A DNA stretch of 64,000 nucleotides. Origin: Octopus bimaculoides (taxonomy: Eukaryota). Positions 1 through 12,055 of the stretch are shown here, in pieces. Location: the NCBI RefSeq assembly GCF_001194135.2, contig NC_068986.1, positions 41,442,965-41,506,964 of the forward strand, given 5' to 3'. The translations under genes and the position numbers were made by a program. Position 1 is the stretch's first letter; each line of letters begins with the position of its first letter. The notes below the pieces were generated by a model. That model was not told the origin of the DNA, ran no database searches, and was given only the letters and a program-made list of their open reading frames with translations.

Positions 1-448
1 GAAAAAGGTACATACAGATACAGGCCGAAATTCTTAACCTTGCATGTTTATATACTATTACACTGGCCTACCCGTCGTGGTATGGCAACATAGAAAGTAA
101 CGGTAAATAAATATTTCTTATAAAAAATGTTGATCATCTTTATCGTTCAATCTATAACCTGTTACATTGGTAATCTCCGACATTAACATTTTTTATAACC
201 GTTACACTTCTCTTCGGTCTTAGCTCGACGTACTAACAGAAGCTTTCGGCCACAAGAAAGACGATGTCACCTTTATCTTTTCTTCCTTTCTAGTCAACAC
301 CGTGCACTCTTTACTCCTTTACTCTCTACTGACTGACAACCCTATTAACTATTAACTACTAACCAGCGAGTCAACCTTGTCACTATCACTAGAGTTGATA
401 TTGTCTCTTTAACTACCTGTCGAATAAATATATGTAAATAACATTTCT

Positions 449-890
449 GGATCTTTCTGATTTGGCGGGCGCTACTTTTTATTTACGTTTTATTTAGTGT
501 GTTTTCTACCGAAACACTTTAAAACTTTGTTTTTGTCTTATAGAACAGAGAACAATTTTTATATTCGAAGTTATTTCATGTTAAAAGTTGTGGTATTTCG
601 GTAATTTCAACCAATCACTGACGTCTATTGAGGTGAAAACAAGTACTGCTGTGGAATGTAAACAACGCGTTCTAGCGGTGTAATGGGATCTTTTCCCTTG
701 AATTAAATTAGTGCCGTTGTTTGTCAACAACTATCGGTGGTACTGTTATTTATGACATCGCTCGTGCGTTTGTACTGGTTNNNNNNNNNNTATCGGTGGT
801 ACTGTTATTTATGACATCGCTCGTGCGTTTGTACTGGTTTTAGCTTTAGGATTTTAGGGTTAGGGTTCGGGTTTTAGAGTTAGGGTTATG
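449..890 (+). mobile_element. Truncated variant of the telomeric-repeat MITE family
   Basis: Starts GGATCTT (449). Arm sequence ...gttatttcatgttaaaagttg...aatttcaaccaatcactgacgtctatt is shared with 4152-4830. Degenerate TTAGGG units at about 845-888. No right end found. Confidence 0.6.
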
Positions 891-1403
891 AGTATTTTTG
901 CCATACATACATACATACATACATAAGTGCTAACAACAAATTGGTCCGCAGAGCTGTCGATAAGAATTGAATTTACCACATCAGTCTCTTACAAAATTAG
1001 GCTGTCAACAGGAATATCTCAATGTGACATAGTATCTCCAAAATTTTTCGTCGTAGTAGTAAATACCTTCTCAGTCTTGTAGAAAGGTTATATGATAAAA
1101 TCTACACAGCGCTGGATTAACCATTTGGCAAAATAAGCACCTGCTTAGGGTACCAAAGGAAGTGGGACACCACAGAAATAAGCAATGGTGTATCGCACAA
1201 AAGAAATTACTTTAAACTTGCTAAAATAGTATTCAGAGTGTCTTATTTCCACTAAGTATAGGAGTAGATGTGTTGTGTAAGATTAATTTTGAGGATCTAA
1301 TCAAAGACTTTGGCAAGTTAAAAAAAAATTGGAGAAGATTTTAAAAATATAAATAAAGTAAAAGTATAAAAATTTACATGATCTAAGTTTTTCCCTCATA
1401 ACT

Positions 1404-1533
1404 GTATATATATATATGTATGTATTTGAGTGTGTGTATGTGTATATATATGTATGTGTGTATATATGTATATATATATATGTGTGTGTGTATATATACA
1501 TGTGTGTACATATTTATGTATATATATGTATGT
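1404..1533. repeat. Mixed (TA)/(TG)/(TATG) microsatellite
   Basis: Read directly from the sequence. Confidence 0.9.
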
Positions 1534-1802
1534 ACCAGAGTAAGCACATAAATGCGAAACAAGGTGGAAAAAATAGTATTCGAATACCAGGGGTAGAGTA
1601 ATATGCTTTATTGAAAAGCAACAAAAATATCACAAAAGGTGATAAGGTTATAATTTTATAATCTAATTTCTGTTCCATTCTAAACAAAACTGTCCGACGA
1701 ACGGAAACGTGAAACTCTGAGTAACAGTTTTTGTGATATTTTTGCTGCTTTTCAATAAAGTATATATGTATATATATAGATGTAAGTGTCTATGTATATA
1801 TG

Positions 1803-1997
<195 letters not shown>

Positions 1998-2213
1998 ATA
2001 AAGAGAAAGTAATAACGAATGAATGAGAAAAACGACGGAAGGGTTAAAAATGGCGTAAAAATAATTGAAGATAAAATGAAACAAAATTGAAGCCAAAACA
2101 TCAAAAATTATTGAAAGTGGGTAGAAATAAACTCTACGTAGTGTAGTAGTAGTACTACGCTAGGGTATCTGTAGAAAGTTGAATGTGATTTCGGAATATA
2201 ACGAAGAAAAATT

Positions 2214-2760
2214 CGGATCTTGGGAATTTTCCGAAAGTCCTCTTGCCACCTCAAAATTTTCCCCACAAATTACTTTATAATCGTAATGTATGCCGTTTAG
2301 AAGATATTTATATAACATTTCATTGAGAAAAACCCCATTTTCCTAAAAATTACAAGTAAAAAATCGGATCTTTTGAATTTTCCGAGGTCCTCTTGGGAAA
2401 GATTTTTCTGAGGTCCCCTTGGGAAAGATTCCTCCCATAAATTTCTTTATAATCGTAATGTATACCGTTTGAAAAATATTTCTATAAAATTTCATTGAAA
2501 AAAAACTCATTTTCCCAAAAGTTATGACGGAAAAACACGGATCATGTGAATTTTCCGAGGTCCTCTCCCCACCCTCCCGTTGCTTTGTGCGCATTTTTTT
2601 TTCATATTCGTTTCCTACACATTTTGTTACACCCGTTCCACTATTTTTTTCTGATTTTTGTTTCCAGATCAAGTTGTAGACATTAACCACATTGGTTAAC
2701 CACATTATTTTCCATCTTACTGTTAGTTTTGTTTCATTTTGAAAAATAAAAAAAATATTT
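2214..2760 (+). repeat. Tandem 150-175 bp units, probably Helitron-derived
   Basis: Units start cggatc...aattttccga at 2214, 2365 and 2538 and resemble 25735-25950 upstream of the Helitron ORFs. Confidence 0.55.
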
Positions 2761-3517
2761 TATGGTTTAATACTGTTTATATTTTGAATTATATATATCT
2801 GGGAGCATCAAAATCTTTTATGGGGTTAAGGCCTCTAATGGGTTTTAGTATGGCTCTGGATCTACAGATAAACGAACGCGTAACGCCACTCATACCTTTT
2901 TGTTGATGTACTCGAGAAATATTTACATCAAAATACAAAATAGGGCAACACGTTATCGACCAGGAAAGGATTATGGATTTCAATGGCATTATCATCTTTA
3001 TCATATGAATGTTAGGAATACTTGAGAATCAACGAGAATATTGCACACGTTGGTTAATACTGCGAGTAACGCAAAAGTGACAGGGTAATACTTCTGAACA
3101 ATTCTGAAGATATGGTATTCAGAGCTATCAGCGTTCAATGAAACCGAATTTCACAGATTTAAACTTTTAGAATGCCTAATGGGTAACTCATTTATATTAA
3201 CGCAGAATTATATTATCCCTTCCTGGTTTGAAAGAACTTATCAATAATATCAATACAAGTATTTATAATTTGTTCTTCAAAATAAGAAAAAAATTTTAAT
3301 AAACGCCTCCTCCCTCTCTCTTTCTCTATCTCTCTACCGTCAATAAATATAGAAAGCTGTTTTGCAGATACAATATTGAATTAAGCTACTGTTGTACGAC
3401 TAACGTGTTATACACCCCCAACAAAAATGAGATTATATTCTCACTCAGGAATATCAATGCAGAAGCTATAAACGATAAACAGACACGGGAAAAGGAACAT
3501 TCGATATAATAATTTAC

Positions 3518-3675
3518 AGAAGTACGTCTTCTTTTAGTCGTATCGAAAAGAGAAATTACACATTCACTAATTAAAAGAAAATCCTAACAACAAATATGAA
3601 TTCGAAAATTATAGAAAGATCGAAACGTTACAAAAACAGAAGCAACAAATGTGCTCTTTGCACAGCTGAAAATCG
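3518..3675 (+). mobile_element. Penelope-like GIY-YIG endonuclease C-terminal remnant
   Basis: Translation KIIERSKRYKNRSNKCALCTAE resembles the Penelope C-terminal CxLCxxE motif. Confidence 0.45.
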
Positions 3676-4151
3676 TCGGAAACTGCATAAACATGACCTC
3701 ATCTGAACATCATGTCAGAAATTTTGGGGAAGTACAAACAATTTGAAATCATCTTCCCCTGACTAATAAAACACTAGCCCGAGCATATATGTTGACATAT
3801 GAGCCCATTACGTCCCATGATTAAATAAGTGACTGGACTTGGTATTGTTCACCTAGCACACACAAAACCCTCTCTTACAACATTGATATTCAAAGACAAC
3901 AGTGAAATTCAACACTAGTCTTCTTAACTTAGATTTCATCCAGTTTATCTGACATCCGGATTAACATAGAATGTTCTTTTTCTCTCTCTCTCTCTTCTTC
4001 CCCCCTCTCTTTCTCTCTCGTTATCTATCAAGCTTGCTAGCTCTATGTACGCGCGCGCGTGCGTGTGCAAGTGCACGTCTATGTATGTATGTATGTATGT
4101 ATTTACGAATATATACACGTGTATACATACATTCATCCGGTAAAAGCTTTT

Positions 4152-4830
4152 CGATCTATTTCAAAACGGGGGCACCAGTATTTTCTTAACGAAACACTAA
4201 CGAAACACTTTGAAACTTGGGACACTGGTAGAATGTGTCATATAAAACATCTTTTATTCTTAGTCTTCTTAACAAAAAAATGTACATCGCAAGTTATTCC
4301 ATGTTAAAGTTGTCGTATTTCTGTAATTTCAACCAATCACTGACGTCTATTCAGCTGAATAGAGTTACTGCTTGGCGGTCATAAAAATGTTATTCCCTGT
4401 GACATATTTCATCCGGTTTAATCGTAATTTATACGCATATATTGTTTATATAATAAATTACGCTGTGCGTATCTATGTGTGTAACAATTTTAGAGTTTGG
4501 ATTCTAGAGTTAGGGTTAGTTTTAGGGTTAGGGTTAGGGTTAGGGTTAGGGTTAGGGTTAACAGTCTAGTTAGGGTTAGGGTTAGGGTTAGGGGATTAAT
4601 ACGATATACACCGTTACAGTGCTAACTGTTTTCAACTGAATAGACGTCAGTGGTTAGTAGAAATTATCGAAATAAGACAATTTTTTACATGAAATAAATA
4701 CGAATATAAAATTTTTTTTCTGTTCTATAACACAAAATAGATAAGTATACGAAGTTTGAAAGTCTTTCGGTACCAAAAACACTACATAAAACATAAATGA
4801 AAACTGGTGCCCCCGTTTTGAACAAGATCC
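4152..4830 (+). mobile_element. Non-autonomous TIR element (Merlin-like) carrying (TTAGGG)n
   Basis: TIR (G)GATCTTGTTCAAAACGGGGGCACCAGT at both ends. 8-bp TSD AAGCTTTT at 4144-4151 and 4831-4838. Arms of about 190 bp are imperfect inverted copies. TTAGGG tracts at 4510-4593. Confidence 0.85.
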
Positions 4831-5399
4831 AAGCTTTTGAATTGTGTGGAACAACCTCTTAGTCGCTATTGTTTTCACGTGTACTCTGACTGAGTAGTAG
4901 CATCTGTCAGAGTCCCGGCTATGGGTTAACTAGCATAAGTGATGGCAAGCCATTTGAGCGCGGAGACACAGAAATATCCTTGTGTCAGGGCATACCCTTG
5001 TGTCAAGGCTCTCAGTAAAACTACCTGGTTGTCACAGCGACATTTTAGGAGAGAGGGACACACTAATATAAAACCTACAGGTTCACGTGATTACTATTCA
5101 GCTGTGCTTTGGTATGTCACCAGGTACAGAGACTCAGATAAGCATTTATCACTATAATCTAATGACGTGCAAATGTCTCTTTAGGATGATCTCATTTGTC
5201 ATTTCCTCCATTGACAACTCTAGGGCGGTGGAAGAGTGGCGACATGTGCTGACCTCACCAGTTGGAAGTGCACAGTAAATTACAATTTTCATATATCATC
5301 TATACCTTGAATACATCCCCCAAAGAAATCATTAGATGAAAGGTTAAGCGCTTCCTAGCAGAAAAACAATACATGGGTATTTTAGTAGAAAGCTTCAGG

Positions 5400-5990
5400 A
5401 TTACAGCAACAATGATAATCAAAGCAGTCTATTAGGGACTAACAAGATCACTAGCTTTCACTTTGAAAGGTATGCGTTAACAATGCAGGAACACGAAATT
5501 CCAACCAAGTTCCTGATGCACAAAAAGGAATGTGATAACTGATGCAAACTCTGTGAAGTCAATGCCAAAAATATTACCCACATCATAAACAGTTGACCGA
5601 AAATGTCATCGCGTTATCTACCGATGAGACATGTTGTCAAGACACCGCACAGTGAGATCCGTCAGAAGGATAATCGTGAGGTCAAAGCAGTAGGAACCCA
5701 CAGTGGTACAGACCATAACCATTCATAATATGAAAATGTATTGGTGGAATGTTCCTGCGAAAACCTCAATAAAATGCAAACAGAACAGACTAGACATAGT
5801 GATTTGGTATAAAGAAGAGAAACTATGTATACGCTGAACTATGGAGAAATTGACAACTACTATACTCCGATTACAAGCTCAGATTTCTACCCACGATCAT
5901 TGGGGTATGAGGATACATAAAAAACTACCTCAGTACCAATCTTAACAAGTTAGAGTTCTCAAAAGTAGAAAGCTAATTAGAAGATTACAG
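5400..5990 (+). mobile_element. Decayed 3' part of a restriction-like-endonuclease LINE (R4/Dong-like)
   Basis: CKLC...ITHIINS*PKMSSRYLPMRH (CCHC knuckle and RH motif) followed by YWWNVPAKTSIKCKQNRLDIVIW (RPD motif region). Confidence 0.65.
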
Positions 5991-6890
5991 ATACAATCCA
6001 TTGTGAGTATTGTCATTGTGGTAGTCGTGGTAGGTGCTGATGAGTAAAAATATATTTCTTGGACTGTGTATAGAAGTAATTAGCAACACTCATGAACAAT
6101 TAACAGAAGCTTTATTTCTTGCACATAGTGTTTTTTGTGTTGGTCTTTTGACAAAAACTAAGAGCAACAATTACACGCAAAGAGACACATACTACTAGAA
6201 TATACAACAGTTTAGCTGGTACAGTAATTGCGGCTAGCCCACTACAACTGGTAATCGCGCTATATTCATGGCCACAAAATCTGCACCTTCTCTCTGCCAA
6301 TGGCTGGTGATGAAATGAGAATAGAAACGTCAAACGGAGGTCCTGACAGTCTGGGGTTATCATTAAAAGCGACCTTTATATAGGGCTCAATGAGAAAGAT
6401 TTAGAAAGTTGAACCACGCAATGGCTTGATACTGATTGGTCGGTTAATCGGCCGATCGTGTGAAACTTTTGTAGCTTGGTCGTGAAGCCAACCCAATGAT
6501 TCCGTTTCGAATGCGCTTCACCATCACCGAAAGTTTAGCATTTAAGTAGATATGTACGTCAAGACAATGCAACTATGTGCATGAGAATACATACATAAAA
6601 TAAAACATACAAATATGCACATGCATTGACTCCAAATAGTGCACCAATACTTGTAAATGTTGTTTAAAGTTCCAATGGAAGAGTCTTGGATCTAGGTTAG
6701 AAACAGACTGCCCATTGGTAAATAATCTAGAAATAAAACTAAATGACACACATGCACATGCGCGCGCGCGCGCACATACACAGACACGTACACACACACA
6801 CACATACATACATACACACACACATGTACATACGAGTGAGTAGACAAACGAAAGAAGGGCATTCAACACATTTATTGGGAGTTGCATCTA

Positions 6891-7039
6891 TGGATCAAAA
6901 CAGTTTGATTCAAATTCCTTGGTACTTTAAGTTTCAAAGTGTGATGCTAATTCTCAGCCAAATTTTCAATGGCTGAGGATTAGCATCACGGTTTGAAACG
7001 TAATGTACCAAGGAATTTGAATCAAACTGTTTTGATCCA
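6891..7039. repeat. Palindromic MITE-like fold-back (70-bp arms, 9-nt loop)
   Basis: 6891-6960 is the reverse complement of 6970-7039 with 5 mismatches. Confidence 0.85.
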
Positions 7040-7040
7040 C

Positions 7041-7050
7041 ATACACACAC

Positions 7051-7084
<34 letters not shown>

Positions 7085-7158
7085 ATGTATGTATGTATGT
7101 ATGTATGTATGTATGTATGCATGTATGTATGTATGTATGTATGTATGTATGCATATGT

Positions 7159-7213
<55 letters not shown>

Positions 7214-7225
7214 GTATGTATGCAT
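7041..7225. repeat. Compound (CA)/(TA)/(TATG)/(TG) microsatellite
   Basis: Read directly from the sequence. Confidence 0.9.
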
Positions 7226-7289
7226 GTTCTCTTTCTCTTTTCAGTTCCAGAGTAAATTTTGATCGGCCACCGATTTGGATGCAAGGTTG

Positions 7290-7705
7290 TGAAGGAAAGT
7301 ATCTTTTCTTAATCACCATTCTTTAATTCTTCAGAGGATCTTGCAGGTTTAATAGTCCCAGATATCGTGATCGTTTGTAGCATATGAATTAAGGAATTGC
7401 GTTCTCTCCCTAAGATCTCAAGTTTAGCCATAATTTGCTCCAGACAGGTTGGTATGTATCCTGTTGCTCAAATAGCAATGGGTATGAAGCCGAAAGTATA
7501 CCTTGGGTACCGGATTTGGAAACTACTTATCAATGGGCCATAGACGTCCTCTTTCTTTTGTATTTTTTAAATCCTATTCATGTCCAGAGGGAAACTAATT
7601 TCCACAACGGAACATATCTTTTCTTTGCGCCCCCACACAACGATATCTGGCCGGTTGTGTTTTAACTTGGCAACTGTTTGAATTTTTAAGTTCCAGCAAT
7701 ATTTT
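7290..7705 (-). mobile_element. Second R4/Dong-like LINE 3' remnant
   Basis: Minus-strand translation KIQTVAKLKHNRPDIVVWGRKEKICSVVEISFPLDMN is a PD-(D/E)xK endonuclease motif, followed by YTFGFIPIAI. Confidence 0.7.
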
Positions 7706-7747
7706 TTTGACATGTGTGTGTATGTATGTATGTATGTATGTATGTGT

Positions 7748-8113
7748 GGAGGCGCAATGGCCCAGTGGTTAGGGCAACGGACTCGCGGTTTCGCTTCCCA
7801 GACCGGGCGTTGTGAGTGTTTATTGAGCGAAAACACCTAAAGCACCACGTGGCTCCGGCAGGGGATGGTGGTGAACCCTGCTATACTCTTTCACCACAAC
7901 TTTCTCTTACTCTTACTTCCTGTTTCTGTTGTGCCTGTAATTCAAAGGGTCAGCCTTGTCACACTGTGTCACGCTGAATATCCCCGAGAACTACGTTAAG
8001 GGTACACGTGTCTGTGGAGTGCTCAGCCACTTGCACGTTAATTTCACGAGCAGGCTGTTCCGTTGATCGGATCAACTGGAACCCACGACGTCGTAAGCGA
8101 CGGAGTGCCAACA
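7748..8113 (+). mobile_element. tRNA-derived SINE, family A
   Basis: Head ggaggcgcaatggcccagtggttaggg (A box) with a partly deleted B-box region. Colinear with the copy at 13423-13768. Confidence 0.85.
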
Positions 8114-8907
8114 GTGTATGTATGTATGTATGTATTCAGCTCTCTCGAGCAACAGAGGTGAATGTACTACATGCCTAGAAATGAAACTTCTCAACAGCAC
8201 AATGGTTTTTAGACGTTAATAATTTCCAGTCAAAAATGAAAAAAAAAAACATATCCATAAACTTGTCAATTAAAGATATTCAACACCATAACAAAGGTGT
8301 ATGAAATCATGAATAAAAGAAATACCTGTGTAACTTGTATAAAAAAAACTATCGGACGCCCTATGTAGAAAGAAAGCCGAAAGTGAATATATTTGCATAA
8401 AAAATGCAAACAGATTGGGTCAAGTATGTAGAACGAAGGTTAGATTGATGGAAATGCGACTGAGCAGTGGAGATAATAAAGACATTTAACAAGAATAACA
8501 GGTCTAATTACTCTATTATTTTTTTTTTTTCGTTGACATATTTTAAGTTACAGAACTTCTTTATCAGTCCACAGTCATGTTTGCAGCACATATTCAGTTT
8601 TTGTGTGAAGCTCTGTTTGAACTACCCACTTCTATACAAAGCTGATAACTATTATAGACGCACCTACGTTGATTGCTAAACTTATGATTACTTTTATTAT
8701 ACATTTTAAGTGGAGTGTTTCTTCGCCATAGAGCTTTGCTGTTGTTGGTAAGAGCTATTTTCTTTTCTATCAAATATTTTTTTTTCTCCTGTTATTTATT
8801 GAAATGCTATAATTATGTATTTATATATCGTTTTGGACATTGAATTTTTCCAGATCACTTTTTTCATTATCACTGTTATTGTCACAGAAAACAATACGCA
8901 CAATAAT

Positions 8908-9113
8908 CTAGCAGAATCATTAGGTCGTCAATATAGTGCTTAATGGTATTTCTGGCAGCTCTTTGCATTTTGACTTCCAGTTCCGCCGTGCTAACTTTGC
9001 ATTTCATCTTTTCGGGGCTCATAAATTAAGTACCAGTGAAACACTAGAGTCGATATAATTGACTAGTCCCCTCCCACAAAAATTCAGGCCTTGGGCCTAT
9101 AATAGAAAGGATT
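8908..9113 (+). mobile_element. tRNA-derived SINE, family B (decayed)
   Basis: Colinear with the two following copies. Confidence 0.65.
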
Positions 9114-9114
9114 C

Positions 9115-9337
9115 GGCGAGCTGGCAGAATGGTTAGCACGCAGAGCGAATGCTTAGCGGTATTTCGTCTGCCGCTACGTTCTGAGTTCAAATTCCGCCGA
9201 GGTCGACTTTGCTTTTCATCCTTTCGGGGTCGATTAAATAAGTACCAGTTACGCACTGGGGTCGATGTAACCGATTGAATCCCTTTGTTCTTGTTTGTCC
9301 ACTCTATGTTTAGTCCTTTGTGGGCAATAAAGAAATT
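9115..9337 (+). mobile_element. tRNA-derived SINE, family B
   Basis: ggcgagctggcagaatggttagc head, gagttcaaattcc B box, tail ...gggcaataaagaaa. Confidence 0.85.
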
Positions 9338-9360
9338 TTTTTAAAATTATAATAATAATA

Positions 9361-9393
<33 letters not shown>

Positions 9394-9395
9394 TA

Positions 9396-9610
9396 GGCGG
9401 CGAGCTGGCAGAATCGTTTAGAGCGCTGGACGAAATGCTTAGCGGTATTTCACCCGTCGCTACGTTCGTTCAAATTCCGCGGAGGTTGACTTTACCTTTC
9501 ATCCTTTCGGGGTCGATAAATTGAATACCAGCTACGTACTGGAGTCAATGTATTTGACTAGTCCCCAACCCCAAAATTTCAGACTTTGTGCCTACAGTAG
9601 AAAGGATTAT
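9396..9610 (+). mobile_element. tRNA-derived SINE, family B
   Basis: Same head and body as 9115-9337, different tail, flanked by (ATT)n. Confidence 0.85.
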
Positions 9611-9631
9611 AATAATAATAATTATTATTAT

Positions 9632-10176
9632 TGAGTGAGAGAGCAGTGCATGCCATCAAAGTGACACTGGGGTAAAATATACGAAGCCCATTATACCCAT
9701 CATAACTACCCGTCTGATAAAGGTACACCAGGCACATGCATCGCAACCATATGTGCGCGACATGATGATCTCATCACGATAAACAGCGCATGACCTCACA
9801 GGTGGGGCCCAGTTAGAATTTTCTTCGGGTCGAGTAGCCCATCCCGCTCAAAAGGTCCCTGAATAAGGTTTGTTTAAAGATGTTGAGCCATGTTTCCAAA
9901 GGTGAATTATTCAAACCCTAAAGAATTCCTCTCAACACTTGGCTATGATGCTCCCCAACTACTTCTGCTCATGATCAGAGATGCACATATCGTCAGTCAC
10001 TAAGGGACATGCTCAGCTGATTAAGGTCAAACAACTGACAAGCAAATCTGTGGTATTGAGCAAAATATTTTCTGTAGCCCATCTTTTATACCAAGACAAA
10101 ACAATGTACATGATAACACTTCCAATCAATTAAGATCAGAAGCCATGAGAGCCACTGCCTGGTACTGCATCAGGGT
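9632..10176. mobile_element. About 545-bp interspersed repeat flanked by (ATT)n tracts
   Basis: Discrete GC-richer block bounded by ATT microsatellites. Recalled as an abundant octopus repeat, but there is no second copy in the window. Confidence 0.4.
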
Positions 10177-11733
10177 ATTATTATTATTATTATCGTCGAA
10201 CAAAATGTCTGGAAATATTTGTTCAAGTTCGTTCAGTTCTGAGTTCAGATCCCGACAAGGTCACCTTTGCCTTTTGTTCTCCATGGATAATAAAACAAAA
10301 CACCGGTCGAGTACTGGAGGGCAATATAATCGACCAAACCACTAAATTTTAGTTTTTCAAACGGAATTGTAAATCGCTGAATGTAAATGTTTAAAAATAC
10401 AAAACCAAAGAAGTTAAAATGTTGAAGCCATAGCTTTTGGAAAGAGCACCAGACACTAAAACAATTTATTAGCCATAACTACACAAGTGTGCTCCATCAC
10501 GACTTTGTTTCTTCACAACTTTAAGGTAGAAACATTGTATGTTGAATGAAATTCCCTACAAATACCTTTCAGATGGTTTAGATTGCCGTTATATCGGAAT
10601 TTAATGCGAAAAACAAAAAATTAAAAAAATATTGGTGGGCGCGCACACACATACGCTAACGCAGATCACATATATATCTACAAAATGATACTCAACATTT
10701 TGAAAAATACTACGTGATGTGTGTCAAGTAATGTACGTGTTTTTTTTCTTTTTTTTTTTTTCCTCCATTATTTTTCACATTAAATTCCTCTCTAATTGTA
10801 ATCAACACTATCTGAAAGGTATTTGTAGAAAATTTCATCTGAAAATACTCATTTTTCTGAAAATTAGGAGGAAACAAATTTGGGTGGGAGCACTCTTGTG
10901 TAAATATACTTGATACTGTATATGCAACGTAATTTATTTTAATTCGGATCTACTCGTAAACAATCAAAGCTTATACGTATCATTTTACAATGTTTAAACA
11001 AATCAGTCAACCTTTCGTCATGTTAGTTCTCTTCCTCTAGAAATACTATCCCTCGTGCCTACACAAATATATTCGTCAATTGGTTAAAATAATCTTTGAA
11101 GACATATTGTTAACATTCGTTGTTTCTATTAAGTATGGGTGTATTCGCAATTCTCACTACACACCTGTATTTTGTTAGGAGGAAGAATATATTCTGGGAT
11201 TCAAAACCAAATCGCAATAACTAATAGTATATCACTCATTTTTATTTTTTTCTGCGTCAGAGGTTTTCAACGTGGACGGTAATCCCCCACCGCACAAGGG
11301 GATGCTGGGCATGTCGAAGTGGGTGACTAAAAGTTCAAGGTGATGCCCCAGCATGGCCGCAGTCTAATGACTGAAAGAGATAAAAGAAAAAAAATAGATA
11401 ACAGTAATTATATTATACATGATAAAACTAGTAATGGCTATTAAAATAAAATGAGAGATAAGTAGTATGCTTCTATTTCTAGCAGGTCGAGCTTCGAGCA
11501 ACTGTGTGGAATCTACAGTTGTTTTACTTGATACGGAAAATTTAGCTAGATCTCATTAGGCACAGGAGAGTTATTAACCTGCGATGTATAAAGTAAATTT
11601 ACAATTTTTGTCTTTATCACGTCCATATTTGTAGAAAAGTTAATAATCAACAAGACAGAGCCATTTAAAGTTATATAACTTTAACCAATGAAATTAGTCC
11701 AATGTCCAAACAAGCGGCGATCGAAACTGCATA

Positions 11734-11747
11734 GTGCCCATGGCAAC
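11734..11747. promoter_or_regulatory. Candidate RFX X-box GTGCCCATGGCAAC
   Basis: Close match to GTTGCCATGGCAAC in CpG-containing unique sequence. Confidence 0.35.
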
Positions 11748-12055
11748 AAACAGACTGTCTCAGAAGAAAAGAAACCATGAAAATGGAATAGGTTTAGAAA
11801 AAAGAAATTAAAGAAAGCCAAAAAACAAAAAATGAGACTTTTTAAAAATAGAAAATAAAAAGAAATTTAAGATGGTGCAAATCACTGTATCAGCAATAAA
11901 TGGGTGGGGTGGGGGGATGACGAGCGTGCTGTCATACATACTGGCACAACATAATCTTTTTAAAAAAATTCAGGTTTCATTTTGTTGATATGAATGTAAT
12001 GTGTGTCAGTATGTATGTGTAGATATATATTACATATAAATCTTCATAATAAGCA

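Noticed and set aside
732-839. 49-bp direct repeat
   Set aside because: The copies flank a 10-N gap, so this is a contig-overlap artefact.
4510-4593. True telomere or chromosome-fusion site
   Set aside because: Short, single-orientation tracts enclosed by TIRs and TSDs; no head-to-head TTAGGG/CCCTAA junction.
7748-7810. tRNA genes at SINE heads
   Set aside because: No complete cloverleaf, and each continues into a SINE body.
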